From NCBI RefSeq assembly GCF_002113885.1, contig NW_018407093.1, positions 515,296-579,295 of the forward strand: a stretch of DNA of 64,000 nt, in the 5' to 3' direction. This stretch comes from Mizuhopecten yessoensis. Lineage: Eukaryota. Within the stretch, counting starts at the first letter, position 1, and every line of letters starts with the position of its first letter. Below are positions 25,330 through 38,586 of this stretch, in pieces. A model generated the notes under the pieces. It searched no databases, had not been told where the DNA came from, and saw nothing but the letters and a program-made list of their open reading frames with translations. Both the position numbers and the translations under genes were made by a program.

Positions 25330-25467
25330 TTGGAGATGGAGCGGGCCTTGTTGGAAGGGGAACACCAGACAGAGATGGATGAGTTACAATCCGACCAGGA
25401 CAGAATCAATCTCCTCAAACAACGACAGGCCGACCTCATTGAGCGCGCCACACAGGAACGAGAAAAG
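25330..25467 (+). CDS. PHLDB: PHLDB-like coiled-coil exon (LEMERALLEGEHQTEMDE...QEREK)
   Basis: ttacAG acceptor, AAG|gtaaac donor, 138 nt, phase 0-0; LEMERALLxGE motif. Confidence 0.92.
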
Positions 25468-26416
25468 GTAAACAGTAATCCCCTCTACCATCATGTCCCC
25501 CTAATGTAACGGCTCTTGGTGTTTAACAGACAGAAATATAGAACAGTTATCTCCCTTTGATAGTGAAGTTCCTAAACTATGCAAACTAATAATGTACTTC
25601 TTTTTAGATATTATACGGTTAAGACTTAAATTCTTTGGACTTTATCATCTCTGTCTACCAAAAAAATAAAAATAAATAAAGATATTCAGAATAAAAAAAT
25701 GTCCAGGCAGGAGTCTGTTATACACTCTAGATTAATTGTTTGATTTATTTTGAATTGCTTGCATTTTGAATAAAATAAGTGAGGCACAGTTGGTTGCACT
25801 TTGCTTGATTTGGAGGTTAGTGTGTTTGGAGCAGCACTGGACATTTATTGGCTACATTCCTAAGTTGATCACCATTACTAGTACCTAAAGATTCCTCATT
25901 TAAAACTAACGGAATGACTTCGACAGAACAGATATGCATGATAGTCAGTTTCTCCGGTTCAGATATTGGGATAGCCTTAGATTTGCTGCCATGTACATAC
26001 TAAGTTATCATTTGTTTATTTTGACAATATGTATACATGGCTCCATTTATATGATTTTATTTCTAACAGCTAGACTTTTCCTCGACTGCACATTTAGTAG
26101 ATAGTATGTTATCAGTATTCATACCATCGTGTTTACTTAGGTCCTATACAGCCTCTAACTTTACAGGAGCGGCTAGGATCTAACGATTGTTCTAAGCCCC
26201 CTTATTAATACCTCCATATGGGTGCATACCTGCACATGTCCTGGGCAGTGTTGATGTTTGGTTTTGAGATGGGATCTTGGTTTCGATCATATATTTTTTC
26301 TCTGTATATTGCCACCTCACCTGAATGCTACAGCACGGACTCTGTAGCATCCACACCAGACCACTTAGTCACTTACCGGGATTATTGGAGTTAATAACAT
26401 AAAGTGTTCCAAGTAT

Positions 26417-26640
26417 AGACTTGTACATCTCTGAAGATAATTATAGACTTGTACATCTCTGAAGATAATTAAGACTTGTACATCTCTGAAGATAATTAAG
26501 ACTTTTACATCTCTGAAGATAATTAAGACTTGTACATCTCTGCAGATAATTAAGACTTGTACATCTCTGAAGATAATTAAGACTTGTACATCTCTGAAGA
26601 TAATTAAGACTTGTACATCTCTGACGATAATTAAGAGATG
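26417..26640. repeat. 27-bp minisatellite (AGACTTGTACATCTCTGAAGATAATTA)
   Basis: About eight copies. Confidence 0.93.
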
Positions 26641-27819
26641 TACACCTGTACATTAAACACCTGTACTTTAGCCCCAGTTTACCTTTATTTCCTACAGATG
26701 AGAATACAGGTGGGTACACACACATCTTCATATAATCTATATGTAGACTTGCTCAAGTTCAGACACCTTCAGACAGTGTAACATCCTTTGTTAAAAAATC
26801 GGCTATTTTCTACACAGAATGTCACTTTAAATAAACCATTGATCCCAAGGAGTTTTTCCTGTATATCATACTTAAGTAATCAAATCATGTTTCTGTTACT
26901 TCATGTATTTTATCCTGTTTTTAGGAGAGAAAAAAATCAAAACACTTCCAGTGGAAAATGAACTTGTGCAAGTCTACGTAACCTGTGTGTAAACATGGTA
27001 GTTGTAGAATGTGACACTGGCCCCTTCACTTCAGAGTAGACTGTTCCATTACAGAGAATGGGGCATTCCACTTCTGGATCACTGGGGTCAGGGTGGAAAT
27101 GTGCATCTTCCAGCATCCTTTATAACCAACTGTATCCGCACATATTGTACTTCTTTTTTTAAGTTTGTTTGTATTTGTTTTTAATTGGACCTATTTTTTT
27201 TTTACTTTTTAGTGTAAATAGTTTAATTGGTGTGTTGTATTTTTTTAGACAAGTCAAAACCGATTTCAGATAAACCATGATTAAAGAGCACTTCATCACT
27301 TGTCTCCAAAACCTCCCAGACTACACATACAAACCTGTCAGCAAGTCACCGCAAACTTTCTAATATAAGCACAGCACACACAGGGGGGGGGGGCACCTGA
27401 GCATTATTACTGATGTGTGTGAGAGGGGGCGGGGTTATTGTCAAATATATCATTAATTCATTAAGGAGACAATTTCTTACAAAAACAAATGCTGAATTAC
27501 ATTGAACATGAAGAAAATATTGAAACTGATGAGAGTGTGATATGTTTCTGTTCTTGTGTTTGAGGGTATTTGGTCCCATTAGTAAAATCTCTGTGCACAG
27601 TAGCACTAGTATCGTACAGAACTCTCCCTGTTTCTGGTCTATACTAACTGGGTGTCTGGTTTCTGAACAACATGGACACAATAACATCAGGTTTTACCTC
27701 GCTATCTACTTGACTATTGGATCATTTGTGTCAATACATTTTGTAATTGAAAAATAATAAAACTATTAAAAAGACATGCATTTTACAACATAAACAACAC
27801 ATAAATTGTCAGAATATTG

Positions 27820-28566
27820 ATTGAACAGTACAGTGCACACAACATCCAACAGTACAGTGTACACAGCATTAAACAGTACAATGTACACAACATTGAACAG
27901 TACAGTATATACAACATTGAACAGTACAGTGTACATAACATTGAACAGTACAATGTACACAACATTGAACATTACAATGTACACAACATCCAACAGTACA
28001 GTGTATACAACATTGAACAGTACAGTGTACATAACATCCAACAGTACAGTGAACACAACCTCCAACAGTACAGTGTACACAACATCCAACAGTACAGTGT
28101 ACACAACATTGAACAGTAAATAGTATACAACATTGAACAGTACAGTATACACAACATTGAACAGTACAGTGTACATAACATCCAACAGTACAGTGTACAC
28201 AACATCCAACAGTACAGTGTATACAACATTGAACAGTACAGTGTACACAACATTGAACAGTACAGTGTACACAACATTGAACAGTACAGTGTACACAACA
28301 TTGAACAGTACAGTGTACATGACATCCAACAGTACAGTGTACACAACATTGAACAGTACAATGTACACGACATCCAACAGTAAATAGTACACAACATTGA
28401 ACAGTACAGTGTACACACCATTGAAATGTACAGTGTACACAACATTGAACAGTGCAGTGTACACAACATTGAACAGTACAGTGTACACAACATTGAACAG
28501 TACAGTGTATGCAACATTGAACAGTACAGTGTACACAACATTGAACAGTACAGTGTACACAACATT
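27820..28566. repeat. 24-bp minisatellite (ACAACATTGAACAGTACAGTGTAC)
   Basis: About 31 copies; explains the 8-aa periodic ORFs in several frames. Confidence 0.96.
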
Positions 28567-29591
28567 TATTTTATTGTTATGTATATACTGTTTAATGTAT
28601 GCATGTTTTTTAAAAAGTCAGAAATATATGTTTGTAAAACATATTCATACAAAACTTGATCATTGAAGTCATCGGACAGCTGTAATATTATCACTGAGCC
28701 AACCGGTGACCCACCTTGTTTGTAAGAGAATTTCCTGTAAAATCACAGGATATAGACTCAATTACATTCAATACCTTTTTAGAGTGAAACTTACTTTGGG
28801 TTTGATTTTATTTATGAACTGAAATGTGACACAAAGTGGACTTTTACTAGGAAAGAAGTCACAAATCAGATTGAGGTGTAGTGCTGTATCTGTCTTGTTT
28901 ATTTCTTTTAAATGGTTGTGTTTAATGCCACTATTTCTTCTTCTTTGAAATAATTGCAATACTTCATGAAATGTATGGATATGCATGGCCGAGTGAATGT
29001 TTGTGGAATGTTTGTGGAATGTTGAGCTGTTGACGGAATGTATAATAAACCATCTAATATATATGTGTCGATGTTGTAAATGGGTATTGTAGACACGCGT
29101 GGTCGTGTATATTCTATAAATAGGTCCCAGCATGGTCTGTAAATATATCAAAGTTTGTAGTGTGATTGAGGACAGTATTTAATAATGAGGTGTGTAAACA
29201 CTGACAGTTGGACAGACTTTCACTACATATACTATAAACATGTATATCTGATCAGAATTCAGAGTGAAGTACTGAACATACTTTATTCATACATACATAT
29301 AGTATAACAACGGGAGGAGATCCTCGGACCACAAAACTCCAGACGGATACCCTAGTTAATTGGGCTACATTGTACTGTGTCACCTGAACTAGTCACCTGG
29401 ACTAGTCACCTGGCCATGTCCCCCTCCCCCCAACCTCCGAAGACAACACTATTTACAACCCAGGTAGTTAAGGTGCCCTCTTATTAAGGGTTATGGGTTG
29501 GTCAAAGGGCACCACCATAACAGGAGGAAAGGAAAAATGTACTGCTAGATCAGAGTAACCTCTTAACTCTAGAGGGACACTCTAACCAATT

Positions 29592-30108
29592 AACTACATA
29601 CCTGGTCAACTACATACCTGGTCAGCTACATACCTGGTCAACTACATACCTGGTCAGCTACATACCTGGTCAACTACATACCTGGTCAACTACATACCCG
29701 GTCAGCTACATACCTGGTCAACTTCATACCTGGTCAACTACATACCTGGTCAGCTACATACCTGGTCAAGTTCATACCTGGTCAACTTCATCCCTGGTCA
29801 ACTACATTCCTGGTCAACTACATATACCTGCTCAGCTACATACCTGGTCTACTACATACCTGGTCGACTACATACCCGGTCAGATACATACCTGGTCAAC
29901 TCCATACCTGGTCAGCTACATCCCTGGTCAGCTACATACATGGTACCCTACATATACCTGCTCAGCTACATACCTGTTCAACTACATACATGGTCAGCTA
30001 CATACCTGGGCAACTACATACCTCGTCAACTTCATACCTGGTCAACTTCATCCCTGGTCAACTACATACCTGGTCAGCTACATACCTGGTCAACTACATA
30101 CCTGGTCA
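29592..30108. repeat. 16-bp minisatellite (CTACATACCTGGTCAR)
   Basis: Period measured directly. Confidence 0.93.
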
Positions 30109-31126
30109 AAGGCTCTCGACCCATTCCATTTCTGCTACACACCTCCATCCTTACCCTTAAACCATATATATACAACATAGGTGCTGCTATCCCCTTGCCA
30201 AGTGTACACACACTGATTGAGAAAAGGTTGGTTATAAAATCATTTGTTACGGTTGAGAGAAAGAAAAAAAAAGTACCAGAGTGGGATTCAAACCTTGAAC
30301 CTCCAATCTCTAGACAGAGTCTCTAACCAATAGTGCTGTCTTGTCACTGGTAGGCACATGGACCATTCTCATCAGAATAAACTAACAAATCACCAGCTCA
30401 AAGGACTTCTCAGTACTCTATCATTAGATACCAAACCAAGGTGCTAAAATTGACCTGGAGCTCCACAACAACCAGCCGTGTGTCGGTATTAAGTGGCCAG
30501 GCAAAACTTCACTAGACCGTTGTTCAGTAATATTTGTTTACAGATTTTGTAAATTTAATAATCATAATTCTAATAATTGGGTAAATTGATATTATGTTTT
30601 ATATTTTTTGCTACTAGGCAGGTACACACAAATATTTGGCTGCAGCACATTTAAGGTGCTTATGTGTATAACTTGATTTATTTATATTGCAAATGTTGAA
30701 AATTTCAACACTGTACTTATGTAAGCACTTACTGGTTTGTGTGAAAAACAACAAATGAAGATTACCACTATAATTTGTACTTGTATACAGTTTATTAAAT
30801 ACGTACATAAAAGATTGTTTAAAAGATTCTTAAATAACTTGTTTTACTAATTTAAAAGACGGTAACAGGAACTGTTATGATCATTTTATTTGATATGTAC
30901 GAGATTTTTTATTATTTAGTCATCTCCATAGCTAGATGCATAACATAATTAGTTGTGCTTGTGAATTAAGAAAGTCAAGATAAGTTCATTAACAGTAATC
31001 ACTTAGCAGAATTATTTACTTGTAAAATGCAGAATTACCTGCTGCGCTACTTTTTGTAGTAAGTATACAAAACGCGGAGTATGATTCTGAACAACAGTGA
31101 ATTAGCTCCCTTGTTACTATTTTTAG

Positions 31127-31318
31127 GAGGAGAATCGTATACAGAGTGAGCGCGAGAAGCTGATGGAACTAGAACGTCATCACTACGACACTGAACAGAT
31201 CCTAGAAAACTGTCGCAAGGAGGAGGAAGAGGTCTACCTCGAACGTTTCCAGCGCGAGCAGGAGGTCCTGGACAACCAGAGACGTCTCTTTGATGACCTT
31301 GAGTTTCAGCAGCTGGAG
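31127..31318 (+). CDS. PHLDB: PHLDB-like coiled-coil exon (EENRIQSEREKLMELE...FDDLEFQQLE)
   Basis: tttttAG acceptor, GAG|gtatca donor, 192 nt, phase 0-0; FxDLEFQQLE motif. Confidence 0.92.
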
Positions 31319-31702
31319 GTATCAATAAAGTCATCAGAAAATACAAGATCTATCATTAATAGAAACTGGTTTTGATAATACTATGTGTATAGATCTGTGT
31401 TATTATTAGTTATCACAGGTTATAGAGATGTCTGTCCGTTTCAGTTTATGTATCTTGTAATTAATTTCTAGGCAACACGATTTTGAATCGGTCGATAAAA
31501 AGAACAAACGTTATTGTAATAGTTAATCATTTTTACCATGTAGCAATGAATTGACTTGAAAATATTCCAATTTGAAATGACCTCTTCTGAAAATAATTTC
31601 GCAGAAAGAGTTGCAAGTGAATCATAAACTGATATAATATTTATATATGTTGAAATACTTCATTAATGGATTTTCGTAAAAGTAAGACTGTTGTGTTTTC
31701 AG

Positions 31703-31795
31703 TCCGAGGCAAAGTTTGAGGAGGAAAAGGAGCAAATACAACGTAAATTGATGAAAGGCCAGAATGAACTTCTGGAGAAGTACAGGTCAAGGGAG
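31703..31795 (+). CDS. PHLDB: PHLDB-like exon (SEAKFEEEKEQIQRKLMKGQNELLEKYRSRE); not in the ORF track
   Basis: gttttcAG acceptor, GAG|gtaagt donor, 93 nt, phase 0-0. Confidence 0.9.
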
Positions 31796-32577
31796 GTAAG
31801 TCTGAAAGCTTGATGAGGAAGGATTTCAAGTCAAGGGAGGTAAGTCTGAAAGCTAGATGAGGGAGAAGTTCAGGTCAAGGGAGGTAAGTCTGAAACCTTA
31901 AGGAGAAGTACGGGTCAAGGGAGGTAAGTCTGAAACATTAAAGAGAAGTACAGGTCAAGGGAGGTAAGTCTGAAACCTTAAGGAGAAGTACGGGTCAAGG
32001 GGGTAAGTCTGAAACCTTAAGGAGAAGTACGGGTCAAGGGAGGTAAGTCTGAAAGCTAGACGAGGGAGAAGTACAGGTCAAGGGAGGTTAAGTCTAAAAC
32101 CTGAAGGAGAAGTACACATAAATAAGATAAATCCATTTGGAGAAGTTCAGGTCAAGGGAGGTAAGTCTGAAACCTTAAGGAAAAGTACTGATAAATAAGA
32201 TAAATCCGATTGGAGAAGTACAGGTCAAGGGAGGTAAGTCTAAAACCTTAAGGAGAAGTACAGATAAATAAGATAAATCCATTTGGAGAAGTACAGGTCA
32301 AGGGAGGTAAGTCTGAAACCTTGCGGAGAAGTAACGGTCAAGGGAGGTAAGTCTAAAACCTTAAGGTTAAGTACAGATAAATAAGATAAATCCATTTGGA
32401 GAAGTACAGGTAAAAGGAGGTAAGTTTGAAACCTTAAGGAGAAGTACAGATAAATAAGATAAATCCTTTTTGAGAAGTACAGGTCAAGGGAGGTAAGTCT
32501 AAAACCTTAAGGAGAAGTACAGATAAATAAGATTAATCCTTTTTAGAAGTACAGGTCAAGGGAGGTAAGTCTGAAAC
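31774..32577 (+). repeat. Tandem array (40-73 bp units) of the exon 3' end plus splice donor GGAGAAGTACAGGTCAAGGGAG|GTAAGTC
   Basis: 15 copies counted, the first being the true exon junction. Confidence 0.93.
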
Positions 32578-32964
32578 GTTTTCACCACTACTGCATGATA
32601 TCACTGTGACACCAAATGTCTTAACTAAGTTTGTTAGACATCCGTTAATGAGATGTTCACTGATGAAATTAAGGAAAAGATTTAGAGCAGTAAAATAAGA
32701 AATACACTGGGCTCCCCTACAAAAGAGTTCTGAAGAAAATTTGTAATATATCTTCTTTTATAGGTAGTATTTTAATTAAAGTTAGTTTATTTTAATTGAT
32801 GATAATTTTGAAATGCAAAATATGTTATAATAATTAATTTTGTGAATTATTTGATAAATCTGATAAAAAGTTTACAAGGAGGGATAGTTCCAATATATAT
32901 ATATAACAGCTAGACTATGTGTAAGGTAGCATACCTCCTTAACAGTCTACACTTGTTTTTCCAG

Positions 32965-33075
32965 GGACGCCTCCAGCAAATAGACAACCAGCAGAAGGAG
33001 ATGCTAAACAACGTGAAGCAGGACATGGAGTCGATGGAACAGCGACGACAGCAGCTGGTCGAGGAGTTCAGAAAG
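32965..33075 (+). CDS. PHLDB: PHLDB-like exon (GRLQQIDNQQKEMLNNVKQDMESMEQRRQQLVEEFRK)
   Basis: tttttccAG acceptor, AAG|gtaacc donor, 111 nt, phase 0-0, heptad-like. Confidence 0.9.
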
Positions 33076-33691
33076 GTAACCATGGCAACCAAGATGGCTG
33101 TCATATTTGTAAACTTAAGTTCATTCAGAGAAATCGGAGCAGATTTGAAAAAAAGACGTTGGACTTCTTTAAATAGATTATCCCTTATCATTCTACTTCA
33201 ATCCTGCTGTTTACTTCAATCCTGCTGTTTACTTCAATCCTGCTGTTTCCTTTTTGATTAACAGGAGTTTGTTTACATATTTTATTTTCTATTATTTGTG
33301 TTTTATCTGTATGCCAGCCACAGCCTTACTTTCGGTCAAAACCTCATTCACAACTTATCCTGTTTAGTTCAATTGTTTTCCCACAACTGAAATTTTCCTG
33401 TTTATTTTCTGTGAAATGCCATTTGTAGACAACGAATATGTTGAGCTTACACATGAAAAATGGGTTAGAGCTTTTGAAACAAGGTCAGTTTAATTGATTA
33501 ATTTAGGAATTTATATCCAACTGAAAGATACAAATATTCTGTGTACACAGTTGAAACATGAGAAGGAGATAATTGTTACGTGAGATACAATTAGATATTA
33601 AACAGAATGGTTGAATAAAATTGTTTGTGAAAATCATAATATGAGACAAATTCCATGTTTGGGATTACTGACAGAAACATTTACTTTACAG

Positions 33692-33811
33692 CACAAGAAA
33701 CAGTTAGCTGGAGTGATGAAGAAAATTCAGGAAATATCACAATTCTTGTCTGTTCCCGTAAACGATGAAATATTAGATCAGCGAGGACGATCGTCGGATA
33801 ATGAGACGGAG
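33692..33811 (+). CDS. PHLDB: PHLDB-like exon (HKKQLAGVMKKIQEISQFLSVPVNDE...DNETE)
   Basis: tactttacAG acceptor, GAG|gtacat donor, 120 nt, phase 0-0. Confidence 0.8.
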
Positions 33812-33814
33812 GTA

Positions 33815-34742
33815 CATCACCACACAGGCCTTACACAAATAACCTCACCACACAGGCCTTACATACAAATAACCTCACCACACAGGCTTTACATACAAAT
33901 AATCTCAAATACAGGCCTTACATACAAATAATCTCACCACATAGGCCTTACATACAAATAACTTCACCACACAGGCCTTACATACAAATAACCTCACCAC
34001 ACAGGCTTTACATACAAATAACCTCACCTAACAGACTTTACATACAAATAACCTCACCACACAGGCTTTACATACAAATAACCTCACCACACAGGCCTTA
34101 CATACAAATAACCTCACCACACAGGCCTTACATACAAATAACCTCACCACACAGGCCTTACATACAAATAACCTCACCACACAGGCCTTACATACAAATA
34201 ACCTCACCACACAGGCCTTACATACAAATAACCTCACCACACAGGCCTTACATACAAATAACCTCACCACACAGGCCTTACATACAAATAACCTCACCAC
34301 ACAGGCCTTACATACAAATAACCTCACCACACAGGCCTTACATACAAATAACCTCACCACACAGGCCTTACATACAAATAACCTCACCACACAGGCCTTA
34401 CATACAAATAATCTCACCACACAGGCCTTACATACAAATAACCTCACCACACAGGCCTTACATACAAATAACCTCACCACACAGGCCTTACATACAAATA
34501 ATCTCACCACACAGGCCTTACATACAAATAACCTCACCACACAGGCCTTACATACAAATAATTTCACCACACAGGCCTTACATACAAATAACCTCACCAC
34601 ATAGGCCTTGCATACAAATAACCTCACCACATAGGCCTAACATACAAATAACCTCACCACACAGGCTTTACATACAAATAACCTCACCACACAGGCCTTA
34701 CATACAAATAACCTCACCACACAGGCCTTACATACAAATAAC
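33815..34742. repeat. 30-bp minisatellite (ACCTCACCACACAGGCCTTACATACAAATA)
   Basis: About 31 highly homogeneous copies starting a few nt after the donor at 33812. Confidence 0.97.
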
Positions 34743-35851
34743 TTTGATGACAATGGCATACTCAATTTTTATTGATTTAATTATAACAAGGAAATTGATT
34801 AACTTCCGCCTTTTGGTTTTGAGTTATTTCCCTTGTTATAAAATGGTATTTTTAGATTTTGTTTTAAATTATTTCATTTATTAATCTTTAATACTTCATA
34901 GATCTCTGTAAATAACTTTTACTCATTACTTGTTATTTCCATATGTTTTGATATTTTTAACATTTGAAAACAGATCTGTTGGTAATTAAATTTAAGGATT
35001 AAACTCTTTTCTAACCATGAACTACATGTACAGTAGTTCTCATATTGTGACAGTTTCCATTGCATTTTAAGTTTAGTAACAAAAGCAGCGTTTTCCGAAC
35101 AAACTGCTGTATACAACACTTCATTCTATGTACTTTACAAGGATTTTAGGACTGATAAATTGGGTTGGTTTCCTTTTAAATTAAGGTCATATTTTCCTCT
35201 ATTTTATAGAAAAATTAGCCTGAAATTTTTACAACAAATTCACATAACTACCAGTTTAATATTTTGTTTATCTGTTTGAGTTGTTTGGCATTGTATTATT
35301 GAGTTATAAATTAATAGAGGAAAAAGTGTAAAAAAACCCACCGCTATTCAATAATAGATTTGCTCATTTAAGCTGCAAATGTTTGTTACCCCTGATTTTC
35401 AAAAAGGCAGTTTTTGTTTCATTAAGCTAGATTTATCGGTTTTTACTTGAAATTTTCCCAAACAGAGTACAATTTCGAAAAACTTTCTAAATGAAAATAT
35501 CACTACTGCACAAAAATCTGGATCTTTGGAAAATTGAAGGGAGACAACTCTTCTAGGTTTAAATTTCAGTGGTAGTGCTGAGAAACCAAGATGAGTTGTA
35601 ATGTATGCATTGGATATTGGAATTGTTTATGTACTATATAATCGTCCCTGTATTTTGTACTTGCAGGAGGATGTTTTTTTATGTATTTTATAAAAATGAA
35701 AGAGTTTTTTTCTGTTTCTGTAAAATGTCTTATCACAATGAACTGTTGCTGAAGTATATAATTTAATAATTAATATTTTTATATGATAATACTTTTTTTG
35801 CTGATTTGTCAGAAAAAACATATCTGCAGCAACTTTTTGTTTATTTTTCAG

Positions 35852-36179
35852 GACAAACAAGATTTGAGGAGTTCCAGTCAGGGTTCACTACCAAAGACAC
35901 CCACTCATCACTCAGTTGACTTATCTCCCCTGTTGACATCAACACCTCACAGCTTATCTCCCTTTCCGAACTCTTTGTCACACTTACAAATCACGCCAAA
36001 TAATAATAATGTGACTAACTACAGCTCAGGGTCATCCCCTACGGGGCTCACACCTGGGTCCAACACGGGGTCCCCAAAGGGATTCCTGCTGTCTAATAGT
36101 GCGTACTCAGGTGAGCGGAAAAAATCTACCACACTTCTGGACATAGAGAAAAACCGCTGTCTATTTATGGAACAGCAAG
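35852..36179 (+). CDS. PHLDB: PHLDB-like exon (DKQDLRSSSQGSLPKTP...LLDIEKNRCLFMEQQ-G), ending at a GC donor
   Basis: tttttcAG acceptor. CAAG|gcaagt donor (phase 1) lies just before an in-frame stop and matches the phase-1 acceptor at 40200. Confidence 0.85.
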
Positions 36180-37907
36180 GCAAGTCACCTTAGCAACACA
36201 CAGCTTACATGTAACCTGCTCATTTTAACTCGAGAAACAGAAATTCTGAAATTCAAAGTTAACCAAAAAAAGAAGTCATTAAGTTATAATTCTAGCTAAA
36301 ATATTAATACATGCTTTGATTTCACAAAAACTCTTAAGCTAGGATTTTCCCTTAAATTTAGTGACCCTGAATATAAAGTATTACTTAAAATAAGGAAAAC
36401 TCCGTTATTCAGTTATACTTCAGACAAAATATTCTTCAAAATTACTTTGATGTCTGCAAATTCAATAGTAGAGGAAATGAGCAGGTTTCATGTTTTCTGT
36501 ACTCTGAAGATCAAACAAGATCTGTGCATGACTTAATGCTAATTTTGATAACTAGATATGTGATTTCAGAATTAAAGAAATATTTTACTCTTTGTAAAGG
36601 ATTGATTGTAAAAGAGTGCTGCAGAAATCCATTGGTACAATTTGGAACAAAATCCAGATGACCTTGTTTCTGTACATGGCGTTTATTTCAATCCCTAAAC
36701 TGTAACATAAAAATGATGTACTTTTAAAAATGGAGTACACATATTTTGCTGATGTCCTGATGTTAAATACTAATAGTGTTACAACAAAAGTCATGAACTG
36801 ACATGACAGATATTTTGAACGCTCGAGACGATTGAGCTGAACAGATCTTCAGAGTAAACCTAACATTAGCACACATCTCCTTTAGTCAACAGTCAATCCA
36901 AGTGTACTTTTTTTTTACTTGATATTTGTAGTCTGGCTAATTACAGAACTGTATTCCTTGAGAATTTTCACATATGCATCAGTTGACCTATTACAGGTCA
37001 AACAGGTATTGTTGTTGTGGAGTTCTATCATTTAATTGTGTTTGTTATAAATTCTCCAAGTTAAAAGTTCCAGAATATTCAGTCATCCTGACTCTTTCAC
37101 GTATAATTACAAGTTGATCAATTTGTATATTTTTTGGTTAAAAAATCTAAATTTGGGATTTTTTTATTTTTTCAAAATTCATATTAAAAACCAGACAAGT
37201 TTTTGCATTAAAAGAAAAGAAAGTTTAAGACTCTATAGGATTTTGATTTAATTTTGCTTTTGTTTTTTTGAAGAATCACTGTTTACTATAACATATATAT
37301 AACATATTACTTGACAAATTATTCAGTTTGTTTATACCGAAGCATTCCTTGGATTGATTGTTATATGTATATATATAGAACACACATATATATACCACTA
37401 ATATCACTGTCTACACACCTAATCATGTTTTACCAGTGATAAACAAGAAGTCATACTCCTTAAACAAGGGGAGGTAACTGTGTATAGAGCTAAATACGGA
37501 ATATGAGTTACATGTAAGATGTAGTGATATTCAGTATAACTTTCATATATAAAATCTGTTAAGTTGGTGGGCTCATCACCAGACGTGGATTTATCACCGG
37601 TTCAGCATGATACATCTATAAAATCTATCTACAAGTAGTGTTTTCTATATACTCCTATTCTTAGATAGGTATATAGAAGGTCTATTCTACATATATAATC
37701 TGAATTATAGATTTTAGTATAGTCCTGCTGATGTATAGTAATACATATATAGTCCGACGTGTATAAAAGGTCTATTTTATGTATAATCTTGACTATATAT
37801 TTTAGTATAGTCCTGCTGATGTATAGTAATATATATATAGTCTGAGGTGTTTATAATCCCATGCTGCCAGTTCTCCGTAGGCCAGGTGTGACCCCACTTG
37901 TCGGGCA

Positions 37908-38100
37908 GGTTTGGTTTAGTTTGTTTATCCACCTATCAACAGCTGTGGTCATTTAAGGACGGCCTCCCCTGTGTGCAAGTTGTATGCGTGTGTGTTTTGG
38001 AAGGCTGCAATATGTTAATGTTTGTCAATAGAGCGGAACTGATGCCGACTTTTAGTTTATAGTGCTACCTCACTGAAACATACTGCCGAAGACACCCATC
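37908..38100 (-). mobile_element. SINE-like 3' fragment; related copy at ~46550-46740
   Basis: Shared GTTT-type tail plus AACAGCT..GGTCATTTAAGGACG segment at both loci. Confidence 0.5.
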
Positions 38101-38410
38101 AGTGAGAGGCTTAGAAGTATATTGGGTTTGTCAAGCTTCTCAAGAATGAATATTTAGATTTTTGATGAAATTTTGCAAGGCAAGTTTTTTTCCCTGAAGA
38201 TGTTTTTTTGTGTCAATTCAAAACCTAAGATGGTCAATATCATGTGTAAGTCATTGACATTTTCTTTTACTTTTATTGAAAAAAAAAAATAAAAAAAAAA
38301 TAGCCAAACGATCATAACTGATTTAAATGATTCTCTAATGATGAAGAGGAATAAGGAAAAGAACAATTGTTTTGAGATTCATATGCATAATCCCAACACC
38401 AAATTGTGTC

Positions 38411-38586
38411 ATTTAACTGGTATGTGTAAGGCAGTGATAATCCTATATTCTGTACTCCCAGTAAAGGTCCAACGCACAAACACAAATGTCATATCGTCAG
38501 TGCATGAAACGAAACATGCCATTATACTTACGACCGGATATATTATTTCATGATTTATGAGGTGATGTTTCACAAATGCATCTCAA
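38411..38586 (+). repeat. ~180-bp direct repeat, second copy at 40786-40971
   Basis: ATTTAACTGGTATGTGTA...ACAAATGCATCTCAA near-identical apart from a small indel. Confidence 0.9.

Noticed and set aside
27766-28666. Long periodic ORFs (up to 264 aa) in many frames
   Set aside because: Products of a 24-bp minisatellite, open on both strands with no splice context.
34028-34630. 200-aa (VVRLFVCKAC)n ORF
   Set aside because: Antisense translation of the 30-bp minisatellite.
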